NCBI RefSeq assembly: GCF_009914755.1
Contig: NC_060929.1
Direction: 5' to 3' (one strand)
Source: the human T2T-CHM13v2.0 reference genome, Homo sapiens
DNA: 64,000 bases
Below, one piece after another: positions 45,884 through 61,162 of this stretch (position 1 is its first letter; each line of letters opens with the position of its first letter). The notes under the pieces were generated by a model, which saw nothing but the letters and a program-made list of their open reading frames with translations, ran no database searches and was not told where the DNA came from. The position numbers and the translations under genes were made by a program.

Positions 45884-46179
45884 GGTTAAAATATTTAAAA
45901 TAGTAAATAGAAACATATATATCTATATATATTTTGGAAAACATAGTTTTTAATAACTTTTGTCAGGAGTAAAATTTCAGTGTTATTACATGCACTTTTG
46001 ACATCAATAAAATACTTAAAACATTTTTCAACTTCAGTATCTTTTTGTTATAGATGCATTATTATTAAATCATTCTACATTTCTGTATTGAACTAAATAC
46101 AAATACATTGTACTAAGCTTTTTATGTACTTTTGGATTCTCTTTGCTAATTATTAGCATTTTGTCATATTTTCTAGTAG

Positions 46180-46430
46180 GGAGGCACTATGGCATAGTGG
46201 TTAATAGCCCAGACATTAGCATCTGAGTTTCTAAGTTCAAATTATGGCTCTACCATAACTAGCTATGTAACTTCATATCCTCTGCTCTTCATTTTTCTCT
46301 ATCTGTAAATGGAGAAAATTTACAGTCATGAGCTCATGGTTTATGAAAATTAAATGAATTAATATATGTAAGCCTCATTAATAACAGATTCTAGCAAAAA
46401 GTACATACTCAAGAAATATGAGCAAATATT
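46180..46430 (+). mobile_element. MIR
   Basis: ggcatagtggttaatagc...actagctatgtaac...tctgtaaatggag...aattaaatgaatt. Confidence 0.8.
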
Positions 46431-48129
46431 AGTGGGACTGACTTCTGATGCTCTCTGTCAGTTTCAGGAATTAGTGTTATGCTGCTTATGTAAAGGATTC
46501 TCTATTTTTAATTACTGTTTATAATATTATTTTTCCTTTATAATGGCTAATTTTGTGTGTTTATGAATCTTCTTCCTTCTTGTTCAGTTAACCTAGTGAT
46601 TCATCTATTTATTGTTTTCCTCTAAAAGAAGAAGCACTTATATATCAATTCAATGAGAATTTTTATTGGTATGGTAGCTGTCTAATTTATTAATTCCTGA
46701 TTTATCATTATTGAATAATTTCTTTCCACCCATTTTTTATTGTCATTATTTATTTCTGTTCCTGATCTGTCTTGTTTTATCAGCTTGAATTACAAAATGA
46801 GGTCTCTTTCCATTTAATATTGTAATTAAGTTGCACAGAGTCCTCATCCTACCCACCTCAAGAGCCACTTTGTAATTCCTCCTTAAGACTCTCAGTTCTG
46901 TGAGGATGCTTTCTATCTAATAAAGTTTCAGCCTTGTTTATTATTACATTCAGGAAAAAATTATCTGGAAAGCCTGTTCAGGCCACATAGAAACCTTGTG
47001 CTCATCACTAATATTGCTAAGCTCCTTCACACAATTGCAACTGGAAGACCCTGTGCTCTGTAGTGTCTAAGGCAGCACCACTATTACTGGTCAACCAACA
47101 GTTTATTTAAGGGGCTGTGGATAGGTATAGGAGGGAGGGGAGAAGAAGTCTATCTTTTCTAGTACTTTGTTTGGTCACGGTTGATCACATGCTATTACTT
47201 TATAGGAACACAATCCCTGCACATAAGCACACATAAGACGGACACACAGGCACACATAAGAAACTATTTCAAAAATTCACTCATGGTGTTCAGGGAGGCT
47301 GAATGCGGAGTAGCTACAGGACCAACCTCATGCTGGACAGAACCATCTTTCTCTGGGACTTAAGAAGAGAGGTTACTTCACCTATGTCATAAGAATCACA
47401 GTCCCTGAACAACTAAGTAATGGGATTGCAACTCAAAGATAGCCAAATTAAGCTGTTTCCCTGCCACTGTTGTCACCCTCGTGAGCATCATAGATGTGCA
47501 TTCACATATTCCAAGTCCAAGCTGTTCCTACCAGTAACAGATCATACATATATGCTCTCTTCCAAACCCTAGCAAAGCCATATTCCTGACATCCCTGTCT
47601 GGCTCCCAATTCTGCAAAAAGCAATTCTCTCCTTAGTCTCAAGGCTCATCCCATTTTCTTCCCCAGCATGACAAATAGAGAGAACATTCACACTCTTGGT
47701 CCCATAATCACCTATAAAATAAATAACTAGAGACCAATTTATTATCCTCGATCTAGCTGGTCAGTGTTACCCATATTCCATGTTGTTAAATATAAGTAGA
47801 TTTATATATATATGATTTCTGTTTTCAAGTTATTTTTATTTTTAAATAGTCTTAGAATTTTTAAACAATTATTCCTAAAAGAAATATTTATTGAGGACTT
47901 GTTATATATTATACAATATCTTAGGCCTGCATAAAATAGTAATAAACCTTTTCTCACAGTATATTCTGATGGTATGGGAAATAAACAAAAATCTGACTTA
48001 GTTTATAAATATTATTTAATGTTTTGTCAATAATCATTTAATATTATATTAAAAAGTGTATTTACATATAAATACAGGTGATATATATAGATGTGGCATA
48101 GATATAAGTACAGTTTATGAAAAATGAAA

Positions 48130-48890
48130 ATGTAACGTTAGTCCAGATCTAAAGGTGTTAAGAGGGAACAAACCATGTGGATAATCAGTAGTGCATCCAG
48201 GCAGAGCCAACTGAATGGAGAAAGATTAAGAAACAATATGAGGGATTGGGAGGCTATTGCATAAAACAGTCAAGAAATTATAGTGACTAAGTAGTGTAGG
48301 TATTGGGAAATGGTTGAATTCTGGTTGCATTTTTAAGATAACCAAAGATTTGCTGATGAGTCAGATGTGAGCTCTTTATCCTAAGCTCTACAACCGCACA
48401 TCCAACTAGCCAATGCATTCCCTTCCATTCCAATCTTGATTTATTCATTCAATATTTTTGGGCCTTACCACGTGCCAAACACTATAGCTATGCTATGGGA
48501 AAAATAAATAATGCATCATTTCTCTTTCTGAGGAACAGAATGGCTACTAGTGCAGATAGACACATAAACAGAACACATTTTCGAAACATAGTAATTATAA
48601 CAGCACGGAGAAAGAAGTGACTGATTACACCTAGAAAGATCAGTGAAATCATCACAGAAAAAAATGATATGTAAACTGGTATTTGAAGAATGAGTAAAGC
48701 TAAAAAATAGGAAAAAGGCAGTAGAGAGGATGAGGGTGGAAGCTTATATGAAAGCAATGGCAGAAGATAAGCAAAAGAGCAGGTGGATTCAGAAAGATAT
48801 AGTAAGTAAAATAAGTAGAATTTTGTAAATAAATTAAGCATTGGGGAAGATGATGAGTGTGAAATTTTAAAGTCTCTAAATTTTCTAGTT
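48130..48890 (-). mobile_element. L2 fragments
   Basis: ggaggctattgca...gaattctggttgcatttttaag; ttattcattcaatatttttgggccttaccacgtgcca. Confidence 0.6.
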
Positions 48891-48899
48891 TTGATAAGT

Positions 48900-51205
48900 A
48901 GGTGTCATCCAAATAGAAAAAGAGAAAGTCAGATAATCTCTCCTCACTAACGATATGATTACATACCTAGAAAACCCTAAAAATTCCAGCAAAAGACTCT
49001 TAGACCTGATAAATGACTTCAATAAAGTCTCAGGATACAAAATCAACATACAATAATCAGTACCATTTGTACACACCAATGTTCAAGCTGAGAACAAAAT
49101 CAAGAATGCAATCCCATTTACAACAGCCACACATGAAAATACAATACCTAAGAATACATCTAAAAAATGAGGTGAACAATCTGTATGAGGTGAACTACGA
49201 AACATTGAAAGAAATCATACAATACGCACACACACACAAAAATAGAAAAGCATTTCTTCCTCTTCGGTTGGAAGAATCAATATCGTTAAAATGCCCAACT
49301 GACACAAGGAATCTACAGAGTCAACACTATTCCTGTCAAATTCCCAAAATCATTTTTTACAGAGTTAGAGAAAACTTCTAAAATTTATGTGGAACTAAAA
49401 AAGAGCCCAAACAGCCAAGGCAATTCTAGGTGAAAATAACAAAGCCAGAGGCATCATGTTACCCAACTTCTAACTATAACATAAGGCTATAGTAACCAAA
49501 ACAGCATGATACTAGTACAAAAATAGACATATAGATGAATGCGACAAAATAAAGATCACTGAAATAAATCCTGACACCTACTACCAACTCATCATTGACA
49601 AAGTTGACAAAGATAAACAATGGAGAAAGGAACCCTATTTGATAAATGGTGCTGGGAAAACTGGCTAAACATGTGCAAAAGAATGAAACTAGACCCTACC
49701 TCTTACTATATACAAAAATTATCTCATGATGGATTAAAGACTTATATGTGATCCCCAAAACTATAAAACTTCTAAAAGAAAACCTAGGAAATAGCCATAG
49801 CTATTGGCATAAGCAAAGAATTTATGATGAATGTCCCAAAAGAAAATGCAGCAAAATAAAAATAGATAAATGGGACTTAAAACTGAAGAGCTTCTCCACA
49901 GCAAAAGAAACTCAACAAAGTAAACAGGCAACCTACAGACTGGTAGAAAATATTTGCAAACTATGCATCCCACAAAGGGTGAATATCCATAATATACAAG
50001 GAACTTAATCAACAAGTAAAAAGAAACAACCTTTTTTAAAAAGTAGGCAAAGACATGAACAGACACTTCTTGAAATTAGACATACAAGTGGCCAACAAAT
50101 ATATGAAAAAATGCTCAGCATCACTAATAATCAGAGAAATGCAAATCAAAATCACAATGAGATATCATCTCAGACCAGTGGGAATGGTTATTACTAAAAC
50201 TCAAAAAATAACATGTAGGCAAGGATGTGGAGAAAAAAAGAATGCTTATACATTGCAGGTGTGAATGCAAATTAGTTTAGAGCCTGAGGAAAGCAGTTTG
50301 GAGATTTCTCAAATAACTAAAAATATAATTATCTTTCCACCCACCAATCCCATTACTGGGTATATATCCAAAGGAAAAAAAATGTTCTACCAAAAAAGAC
50401 ACATGAAAATGTATGTTCATCACAGCACTATTCACAACAGAAAAGACATGGACTCGGCAGGGCATGGTAGCTCACATCTGTAATCCCAGCCCTTTGGGAG
50501 GCCCAGGTGGGTGGATCTTGAGGTCAAGAGTTTGAGACCAGCCTGGCCAACATAGTGAAACCCCGTCTCTACTAAAAATACAAAAATTTGCCAGCTGTGG
50601 TGGCACACACCTGTAGTCCCAGCTACTTGGGAGTCTGAGGCAGGAGAATCTCTTGGATCTGGGAGGCGGAGGTTTCAGTGAGCCGAGACTGCACCATTGC
50701 GCTCCAGCTTGGGTGACAGAGTGAGACTCCATCTCAGAAAAAAAGAAAAAAAAAAAAAAGAAAAGACATGGACTCATCCTACATGTCCATGAATGGTGGC
50801 TTGGATAAAGAAAATGGTATAAACACACACCATGAAATACTAGAGTAATAAAAAAGAATAAAAGCACGTCCTTTCCAGCAACATAGATGCTGCTGGAGGC
50901 TGTTATCCTAAGTGAATTAATGCAGAAACAGAAAACCAAATATTCCATGTTCTCACTTATAAGTGGGAGCTAAACATTAGGTTCACACAGTCATAAATAT
51001 GAGAATAATAGACACTAAAAGGAGGGAGAAAGGCAGGGGAGCAAGGACTGAAAAACATCCTATTGAGTACTATGTTCATTATCTGGTCGACAGGATCAAT
51101 GGAAGCCCAAACTGCAGCACCACACAATATACCCTTATAACAAACCTGCGCATGTACCCACCCGAAAACTAAAATAAACATGAAAATTAAACAAAATAAA
51201 ATAAA
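48900..51205 (+). mobile_element. L1PB (PB3/4-like) 3' portion with nested Alu
   Basis: ORF2 remnant and 3'UTR cctattgagtactatgttcattatctgg...gaagcccaaac...acaatataccc; A-rich tail. Confidence 0.9.
50456..50758 (+). mobile_element. AluS
   Basis: Full-length Alu; 17-bp TSD agaaaagacatggactc at 50439-50455 and 50759-50775. Confidence 0.97.
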
Positions 51206-51219
51206 TTACCATCTTCTCC

Positions 51220-51530
51220 TTGCATATCTTGTTTTCTTCTGTAAAATGGCAACAATAGCAGCTTCACAGGACCATTGTTAGGATTAAGTAAATTAACACA
51301 TCAAAGTGCTTAGAATAGTGTCTATTGTATAGTAAATGCTCAATATAGTCCATTGATTGTTTGAAAAAAGCAAAAAGTAGTGGTTAGCATGTGAGTTCTG
51401 GAGACAAAATAAATTTTAATCCAAATTTACTCCCTAAGTAGTTGAATAATTTGAGGCAAGTTATTGCCCCCAATATTGTAAATATTTACATCTCCCCAGC
51501 TTTGTTTTTTCACATGTAAAATTATTAAAG
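51220..51530 (+). mobile_element. MIR fragments
   Basis: ctgtaaaatgg...aggattaagtaa...aaagtgcttagaatagtgtct; gtagtggttagc...ggcaagtta. Confidence 0.65.
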
Positions 51531-51948
51531 TCATGGAGATGCATCATATCTACCAGAATATTATACCAGTAGCTTTTATGTGATACTTCTAAAAATGACT
51601 TTTTCTTCGAGGCACGTATTTGAATTATACACGCATGTGTATAATAATAATGAATGTGGAGGTTTTAGGAGAATACCTATGCAACAGAACTCAATAAATT
51701 TTAGTTATTTTGGTTATTAGTTTATTGTTTATTTATTATTGCTAGCAATAACTCTACCTTGATTTTTAGCTATTTGCTTATTTTAATTTTTAATTTCAAA
51801 ATACTTAATATTAATTGCATAATTTGGTCAACAAATGTTTATCAACTGAAATACAGAAAGAATTTTGTACAGATTTCAAAATCAGATGTATAAGAAGAAT
51901 AGTAGTCAGTTTGGTTTACAACAGTGGAAGAAAATGGGAATTGATTAT

Positions 51949-52390
51949 TGTCTTAGTTGATTTGTGTTGCTATACAGTAATACCTGAGACTGGGTGATCT
52001 AAAAAGAAAAGAAGTTTACTTGGCACATGGTTCTGCACACTGAACAAGAAGCATGGCACCAGCATCTGCTCCTGGTGAGGGCCCCAGACTGTTTCCACTC
52101 ACAGCAGAAGGTAAAGGAATGCCAGCGTATCACATGTCAAGAGAGGAGGCAAGAGAGAGGAGGAGGTGCCAGGCTCTTCTTAACAATGAGTTTGCTTGGG
52201 AACTAGCAGTGAGAAATCACTCACTACCTTGAGGATGGCACCAAGACATTCATGAGGAATCTTCCCCTATGACCCAAACACCTCCTATATGGGCACACCT
52301 CCAACACTGGGGATCCAATTTCAACATGAGATGGACATGTTGAACATGGGAACATTTCAACATGAGGGAACGTATATCTAAACTTTATCA
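51949..52390 (-). mobile_element. MST (MSTB-like) MaLR solo LTR
   Basis: tgtcttagt...tacctgagactgggt...gaagcatggcaccagcatctgct...ccaacactggggatc...tatca. Confidence 0.85.
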
Positions 52391-53189
52391 ATGGTGAATT
52401 TTATAGGGTAAAGAAAAATTGAAATTATTTAATTTAATTTTTACTCTTTAAATCTCCTTTTCAAGGTGATGCAGAGTAAAAGGAGAAAACTAAACAAGAC
52501 TTATTATGTTAAACAAAGATCCTGGCACAGCATTTGCCAAATTTCAGGCAATTTCAGAGCAATAAAGAGATAATTGAATAATTAAATTGGTAAAAGAAGA
52601 AAAACTCAAAATTCAAGTTGTTTCTACATGAGTTTGTTTCACCTATCATACCCTCTTATTCTCACAGAAGTTTAACATAATTATACATTTTAAATATTGT
52701 TGAAAATCAAATTACAGAAACAAAGACACACTTAAAGGCAAAAATAGAGACAGAAACAAAAAAGAAACTTCTAGAGAAAAATCATCTGCTAGAAACCCTT
52801 TGGAAATAACAAATTAGCAAGTGGCAGAATGAGAAGAATGATGCTGAGAACTTCGAGCTTTTCAATGATATCAAGAAAGTTTCCATAAGAACTAGCTATG
52901 CCAGAATTTTAAAAATGCTTAGTCTGTTCTTCTAATTTATAAATAGTACTTAGGAAATATACTGCTTTACTTTTTTTCTATTTATATTCAAGAAATAACA
53001 TTAACATGGTAAAAAAAAAATTAAGTAACATAAATGTGAAAGTCAGTCTCCTACTCACTCAGGTGCCCTCCCCCAAAACTTTCTCCCAAGAAAAGAAAAA
53101 TTTAGCCAATAAAGTTTCCAAACTGATAAAATAATGAATAACTTTTAAAAAATGTAAGTAGTCTGTATATATCATGCAGCCCACTGCTT

Positions 53190-53375
53190 TTTAAAAAAAT
53201 TTTATTCTTAATTTTTATGAATACATAGTGGGTGTATATATTTATAGGGAACATGAAATATTTTATGCAGGCATGTAGTGTGTAACAATCACATCAGAGT
53301 AAATGGGATTTCCATCGCCTCAAACATTTATCTTGTTTTATGTTACAAACATTCCAATCACACTGTTATATATAT
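53190..53375 (-). mobile_element. L1MA 3' end
   Basis: gtgtatatatttatagggaacatga...aacaatcacatcagagtaaatggg...ttacaaacattccaat. Confidence 0.8.
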
Positions 53376-53464
53376 ATTTTTATATTATTCTATATTCCAT
53401 GTATATAAATACATGATTCTATGGGTTTCTCAAAACCCATAGAACAGTACACTACAACCAATGC

Positions 53465-55030
53465 AGTTTTTAAACTTCATTGATTTTAGCTTCAGCGGTA
53501 CATGTGCAGGTTTGTTATATAGGTAAATTGCATGTCACAGGGGTTTGGTGTACAGATTATTTCATCAACTAGGTAATAAGCATAGTACCCAATAGGTATT
53601 TTTTTAATCCTCTTCCTCCTCCTACTGTCCACCCTCAAGAAGGCCCAAGTGTTTGTAGTTTCCTTTTTTGTGTCCATGTATTCTTTATCTTTAGCTCCCA
53701 TTAATAAGCGAGAATATGTGGTATTTGGTTTTCCGTTCCTTTGTTATTTCACTTAAGATAATGGCCTGCAGTTCCATCCATGTTGATACAAAAGAGATAA
53801 CCTTGTTCTTTTATATGGCTGCACAGTATTCTGTGATATATATGTACCACAGTTTAGGTTGATTCTATGTCTTGGCTATTGTGAATAGTGCTTCAATGAA
53901 CATATGCATGCATTTTTTTATAGTTGAATAATTATATTCCTTTGAATATGTACCCAGCAATGGCATTGTTGGGCTGAATGCTAATACTGATATAAGTTCC
54001 TTGAGAAAGCACCACACTGCTTCCCACAGTGGCTGAACTAATTTATATTCTCACCAGCAGTGTATAACCATTTCTTTTTCTCTGCAACCTTACTAGCATC
54101 TGTTATTTTTTGACTTTTTAATAATAGCTATTCTGACTGATGTGAGATGGTATCTTGTTGTTTTGATTTACATTTCTCTAATGATTAGTGATGTTGAACA
54201 CTTTTCCATACGCTTCTTGGCCACGTGTATGTCTTCTTTTGAGAAGTGACTGCTCACAACCTTTGCCCACTTTTTAATGGGATTGTTTGCTTTTTGCTTG
54301 TTAATTTGTTTAAGTGACGTATAGATTCTTGATATTAGACCTTTGTCAAATGCATGGTTTGCAAATATTTTCTCCCATTCTGTAGGTTGTCTGCTTACTC
54401 TGTTGATAGTTTATTTCACTGTGCAGAAACTTTTTAGTTCAATTAGGTCCCTTTTGTCAATTTTTGTTTTTGTTATGATTGCTTTTGGAGATTTTATCAT
54501 AAAATTGTTGCCAAGGCCTATGCCCAGAATGGTATTTCCTAGGTTATTTTCCAGAGTTTTTATAGTTTTAGGTTTTACATTTAATACTTTAATCCATCTT
54601 GACTTGATTTTTGTATATGGTGTAAGGAAAAGGTTTAGTTTCTATCTTCCGCATATGGCTAGCCAGTTATCTCAGCACCATTTATTTAACAGGTAGCCCT
54701 TTCCCCATTGCTTGTTTTGGGTCAACTTTTCAAAGATCAGATGGTTGTAGGTTGCAGCATTATGTATGGGCTTTCCATTATGTTCCATTCATCTATGTGT
54801 CTGATTTGTACCAGTACCATGCTATTTTAGTTACTGTAGCCTTTTAGTATAGTTTGAAGTTGAGCAAGATGATGCCTCCAGCTTTGACCTTTTTGCTTAG
54901 AAGTGCTTTGGCTATTTGGGCTCTTTTTTGGTTCCATATGAATTTTTACATAGATTTTTAAAATAATTCTGTGGAGAAAGTCATTGTTAATTTAACGTGT
55001 GTAGCTTTGAATCTATATATTGTTAAATGG
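53465..55030 (-). mobile_element. Old L1PA (PA13-16-like) 3' fragment
   Basis: ggtacatgtgcaggtttgttatataggtaaattgcatgtcacaggggtttggtgtacagatt... followed by an ORF2 remnant. Confidence 0.9.
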
Positions 55031-55039
55031 CCAACTGTA

Positions 55040-58000
55040 ATCAATCTTTTGTGTTTTTTTTTAATCTCAATTTCACTTATTTCTGCTCTGATCTTTATTT
55101 TTTTTTCTACTTATTTTGAGTTTGGTTTTCTTTTACTTTTCTAGTTATTTGAGATGCATCCCAATGTTGTTTATTTGAATCTTTTCTACTTTTTGATGTA
55201 GGAAATTATTGCTGTAAACTTTTCTCTTGTTGCTGCTTTTGCCATATCCAATAGGTTCTGGTACATGGCATTTCCATTTTCATTTGTTTTAATAAATGTT
55301 TTAGTTTCCTTCTTAATCTATTTATAAACCTACTGGTCATTCTGGAACGTACGGTTTCATTTCCATGTCTTTTTAGTTTCCAAAATTCTTACTGTTATTT
55401 CTAGTTTTATTTCGTTGCAGTCAGACAAGATACTTGATATAATTTCATTTTTTAAAAATTTTGTAAAACCTGTTTTGTAGCCTAACATATTATTTTTCCT
55501 TGAGAATGATCCATGTGCTGAGAAGAATGCGTATTCTGCAACCATTTGATAAAATGTTTTTATATATCTATTAGATCCATTTGGTTTATAGTGCATATTA
55601 AGTTAGATGTTTCTTGATTTTCTGTCTGGATGATCTGTCCAATGCTGAGAGTAGGGTGTTAAGTCTCTAGCTTTTATTGTATTTGGGCCTATTTCTCTCT
55701 TTAGCTCTAATAATATTTGTTGTATATATCTGGGTACTCCAGCATTGGGTGCATATATATTTATAATTGTTATATCCTTTTGTGGAATGAAAACCTTTAT
55801 TATTGTATAATGATCTTTTTTTTATACTTTTGAAATCTATTTTATCTGATATAAATACAGCTATTTTTGCTCTTTTTTGGTTTCCATTTGCATGGAATAT
55901 CTTTTTCCATCCCTTTATTTTCAGTCTTTGTGTCTTTATAGATGAATTGTGTTCCTTGTGGACAACAGATCATTGGGTCTTGGTTTTTATTTTAATCCCT
56001 TCAGTCATTTTATATTTTTTGATTTAGAGAGTTTAGTCCATTTACAGTCAGTGGTATTATTGACAAGAATTGACAGGAATAGGAACTTATTTCTGCCATT
56101 TTAAAATTTGCTTCCTGGTTGTTTTGTCATCTTAGTTTTCTTCTTTCCTTCCTTCCTGTCTTCCTTTGTGTGAAGATGATTTTCTCATATAGTATATTTT
56201 AATTTCTTGCTTTTTATTTTTTCTTTATCTGCTGGAGGTTTTTTAATGTGAAGTTGCCATGAAGGTTGCAAATAACATCTTATAATACATTTTTTAAATT
56301 GATGACAATTTAACATTGATTTCATAAAGAAGCAAACTACCAAACAAGCAAATAGAAAACTAATAAAAACTCTACACTTTAACTTCATCCCCTCAACTTT
56401 TAACTTGTTGTTTCTCTTTATATCTTATTATACTGTCTATGTCTGGAAAAGTTGTCATACTTATTATTTTTGATAGGTTCATGTTTTAGTCTTCCTGCAA
56501 GAGATGAGAACTTTACACACCACAATTACAGTATTATAATATTCTGAGTTTTTCTATATACCTGATATTACCAGTGAGTTATGTACCTTCAGATGATTTC
56601 TTATTGCTCACTACCATATTTTTCTTTCAGACTGAAGAACTCCCTTTAGAATTTCATGTAGAACAGGTTTGGTGTTAACTAAATTCTTAAGCATTTATTT
56701 GTCTGGAAACATCTGTTTTTTCTTTGTGTTTGGAGTATATTTTCAACAGGTATACTATTCTAGGATAAAAGTTTTGCTCCTCCAGAAATTGAAATATGTC
56801 ATGCCACTCTCCTGGCCTGTAAAGTTTCCACTGAGAAGTTTGTTGCCAGATATATTGGAGTTCCTTTGTATGTTACATGTTTCTTTCTATTGCTGCTTTT
56901 AGAACACTTTCTTTACCCTTGATCTTTAGGAGTTTGATTATTAAATGTCCTGAGGCAGTCTTATCTGTGTTATATCTGCTTGGTGTTCTATAAGCTTCTT
57001 GTAATTGAATATTGATATCTTTTTCTAGGTTTGGAAAGTTCTCTATTATCCCTTGGAATGAACTTTCTACCACAATGTTTCTCTCTCTGTGTCTCTCTCT
57101 CTCTCTTTTTCCCTGTCTCCTCCTTAAAGACAATGACTCATATTTGCCCTTTTAAGGGTATTTTCTCGATCTTGTAGGAATGCTTTATTATTTTGTATTC
57201 CTTTTGTTTATTTGTTTCCTCTGACTGTGTATTTTCAAATAACCTGTCTTCAAGCTCACTAATTTTTTCTTCTGCTTGATCTATTCTGCTGTTAGGATAC
57301 TCCAATGCTTTCTTCAGTATGTCAATTGCATCTTTCAGCTACAGAATTTCTGCTTGGTTATTTTATATTATTTCAATCTCTTTCTTAATTTTTTGATAGA
57401 ATCTAAATTTCTTCTTCTTGTTATCTTGGATTTTGTTTATCTTCCTCAAAACATCTACTTTGAAGGCTTTGTCTGAAAGGTCATATATCTCTGTCTCTCT
57501 AAGATTGGTCACTGGTGCCTTATTTAGTTTGTTTGATGAGATCATATTTTCCTGGATAATCTTGATGCTTTTGGATGTTCACCAGTGTCTGGACATTGAA
57601 GATTTGGGTATTTATTATAGTTTTCTCAATCTAGGCTTGTTTGTAACTGTCCTTCTTGGGAAGGCTTTCCAGGTATTCAAAAGGGACTTGGGTGTTGTGA
57701 TCTAAGTCTTTGGTCACTCCAGCCACATCTGTTTTAGTGGACATCTCAAGCCCAGTAATGCTGTGGCTCTTGCAGACTCATACAGGTACTGCCTTTATGG
57801 TCTTGGGTAATATATTGGAAAATTCCCTGGATTACTTGGCAGAGACTCTTGTTCTCTTTCTTTACTTTCCCCAAAGCAAAGTTTCTGTCTCTGTGCTGAT
57901 CTGGAGCTGGGGGAGAGATGATACAAGCACCCCTATAGCTACCACCACTGAGACTGCACTGAGTCATACCCAAAGACAGCACACCACTGGCCCTCACTCA

Positions 58001-59611
58001 AGGCCCACGGCGACCACTGCTTGGCTACCACCTAGGTTCACTCAAGGCCCAAAGACTTTACATTCAGAAGGTGGTAAATCCAGGCACGCTTGTGTCCTTC
58101 CCTTCCAGGCAATGTGCTCTCTTTAGCCCATGGTGGGTCTGGGGAATCTCCTCTGGGAGGTAGGGCCTGGAGGTAGGAACCTTAGGAATCTACCTAGTGC
58201 TCTATTTGCTGCAGCTCAGCTGGCATCCAAGCCACAAGACAAAGTCCTTCTCACTCCTCTCTCCCCTTTCCTCAAGCAGAGGAGTGCCTCCTCATGACCA
58301 CCACCACCCTTTACCCGAGGCAAGTATTGCCTGGCAACTCTCCATGTTTACTCAAGCCCAAGGGCTCTTCAGTGTGCTTGTGGTGAATGCCACCAGCCAC
58401 GAGTCTCTCCCTTCAGGACTTTAGGCTCCTCTCTGCCCTAGTGCAAGTTCAAAAATGCCATTTAGGAGCCAATAACTGGAACCAGGGACCCAAAGAGCCC
58501 ACTCCGGGCTCTACCCCACTGTGGCCAACCTGGTACCCAAGCTATAAGACAAAGTCTCCTTTACTCTCTGTCTCCTTTTCTCAAGCAGAAGGGATCTCTC
58601 CCTATAGCTACCACAGCTGGTAATGTACTGGGTCACACTTGAAGCCAGCATGGCTATAAGTCTCACTCAAGATCTGTGGCAAGTACTGCCTGGCTATCCC
58701 ACTGCTGATTATACAGGCCCAAGGTCTCTTTCTTCAGGCAGAAGATGATGAATTCTGCCAGGACTAGGTCCCTCCCCTCAACGCAGTTGGTTCCCTCTGG
58801 TCTAGGTTGTGTTTTAAATGTTTTCCAGAAGCTAGGGCCTGGAATGGAAGCCTCAGGACTCTACCTGGTGCCATATTCTACTGTGGCTGAGCTGGTATCC
58901 AAGTTGCAAGCAAAAATCCTCTCTACTCTCCTCTCTCCTCTCCTTAAGCAGATGAGAGTCTGTCTTAGAACTGTAAGCTGCACTTCCTGGAGTTGGGGGA
59001 GGGCTAACACAAGCACTCCCTTAGTTGCTCCAGATGGTATCTCCCTAGGTCACATGCACTCCAAGTCCACCGGTTCTGAGCCCAGCTCTGCACTAGGACT
59101 TGTCAAGGAATTGCAATCCTTGTGGCGTAGGCTACCTTTCAAGTTTCTTTAGGATTCCAGAGCACTTCAGCCTGTGGTGGCGGGGCTTGCCACAACTCAG
59201 GTCTGACAACTAGGATGGACAATCTGCTTCTGGCTAGGGCTGGCCTAAATGCCCCCTCCATGGGCATCGGCTGAGCTCCTGTTGCTTTCCACTGTGACAG
59301 GACACCTTTGAGTTCCAATGCAAGATTCCACATCACTGCACTCTCCCTCCCCTAAGCATACAAATTCTTTCTTTGTGCCAAGTTGCTTTGCTGGGGGATA
59401 GAGGAGTAGTATAGATGATTCAAGACTGCTTTTCCTATCCTTTTCAGTTCTCTTTCTTTAACATGATGTTAAAATCAGGTACTGTGATCACCCCTCACTC
59501 ACCTAAATTTTGGTTCTAATGAAAGTGCTTTTTTTGTGGATAATTTTTCAGTGTTCCTGCTGGGAGGACAATTGCTAGAGTCTTCTATTTGGCCACTGTG
59601 CTCTACCTCCC
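55040..59611 (-). mobile_element. L1MA/L1M 5' half (5'UTR with repeated monomers, ORF1, ORF2 EN)
   Basis: ORF1 motif IIENFPNLEKDINIQLQEAYRTP; EN remnant; GC-richer repeated 5'UTR at 57.9-59.0 kb ending ggccactgtgctctacctccc. Confidence 0.85.
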
Positions 59612-60120
59612 CTATCATTTTTTTTTTTTAACTTTCACGTATTGATTGAGCTGCATTTTATTTTTCAATAAACACTGGGATCAATTTTTTTTCAGTTTTT
59701 CCCCCGAAAAACTAATCAATCATCCCCAAACCAATACCATATATTAAGTAAACTTTATGGAATTACCTGAATAATCTATCTTCTTTTCACTAATTTTTTA
59801 TTAATATTACCAATGTATATTTGTAATATTATACATTTATATATAATGTATAATATATACTTATATCTATTTGATATATATAGGTAATATATAAAATGAA
59901 TTATATATATATATAGAGAGAGAGAGAGGGCACCTATATGTGTCAGGCACTGTGATAAATCACTGGTGAACACAGACAGTATCCTTTCCCTCAAAGAATT
60001 TAAATTTTAATGGGATACATATTTTTTAAAGTAAACAAATAATACATAAAACACTGTACTATGTAATTTATAATAATAACTAACATTTATTGAACGCTTA
60101 CTATATACCTGACTCTGTTC

Positions 60121-60362
60121 CAAGGGTCATCAATCTATTGCCTGTGGCAATAGTAAGCATTCTGTTTTCACATAGACAATAAATCCAGTAAGCATTCTGT
60201 TTTCACATAGACAATAAGCTAAAACTAAATCTACATTTTTAAGGGATTGTGGGAAAAAGGAAAGAAAGAATGAATAATATGAGAGACAAATTATACATGA
60301 CTCACAAATCCTGAAATATTATCTCTGTGGCCTGTTATAAAAGAAGTTTATTGACCCCTGTT
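60121..60362. mobile_element. MER58-like hAT relic with internal 31-bp duplication
   Basis: caagggtcatcaa...aaatcctgaaatattatctctgtggcct...aagtttattgacccctg. Confidence 0.55.
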
Positions 60363-60618
60363 TAAACCTTCTAAATGTACTCATTTAATTTTCACAGTAA
60401 GCATTAAAGTGGTTAATATTATTACATAATATGTAAGCTCTACTATTCTTCCAGATGAGAAAACTAAAGCAAAAAGAGTTTCCTATAATTATCACAGAGG
60501 AAGTAAACAGGCTACTGAACTTCTAAATGAGGATCAGGAATGAGGAGGGTTAAGACAAAAAAGGAAGAGTTTTCTGGAAAAACTATTCAGATTTACTTTT
60601 TTGAAAGTTGAGATTACA

Positions 60619-61162
<544 letters not shown>

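Noticed and set aside
57700-59340. Several 65-138-aa ORFs and ~300-350-bp repeated units
   Set aside because: Explained by the repeated, GC-richer 5'UTR of an old L1M element
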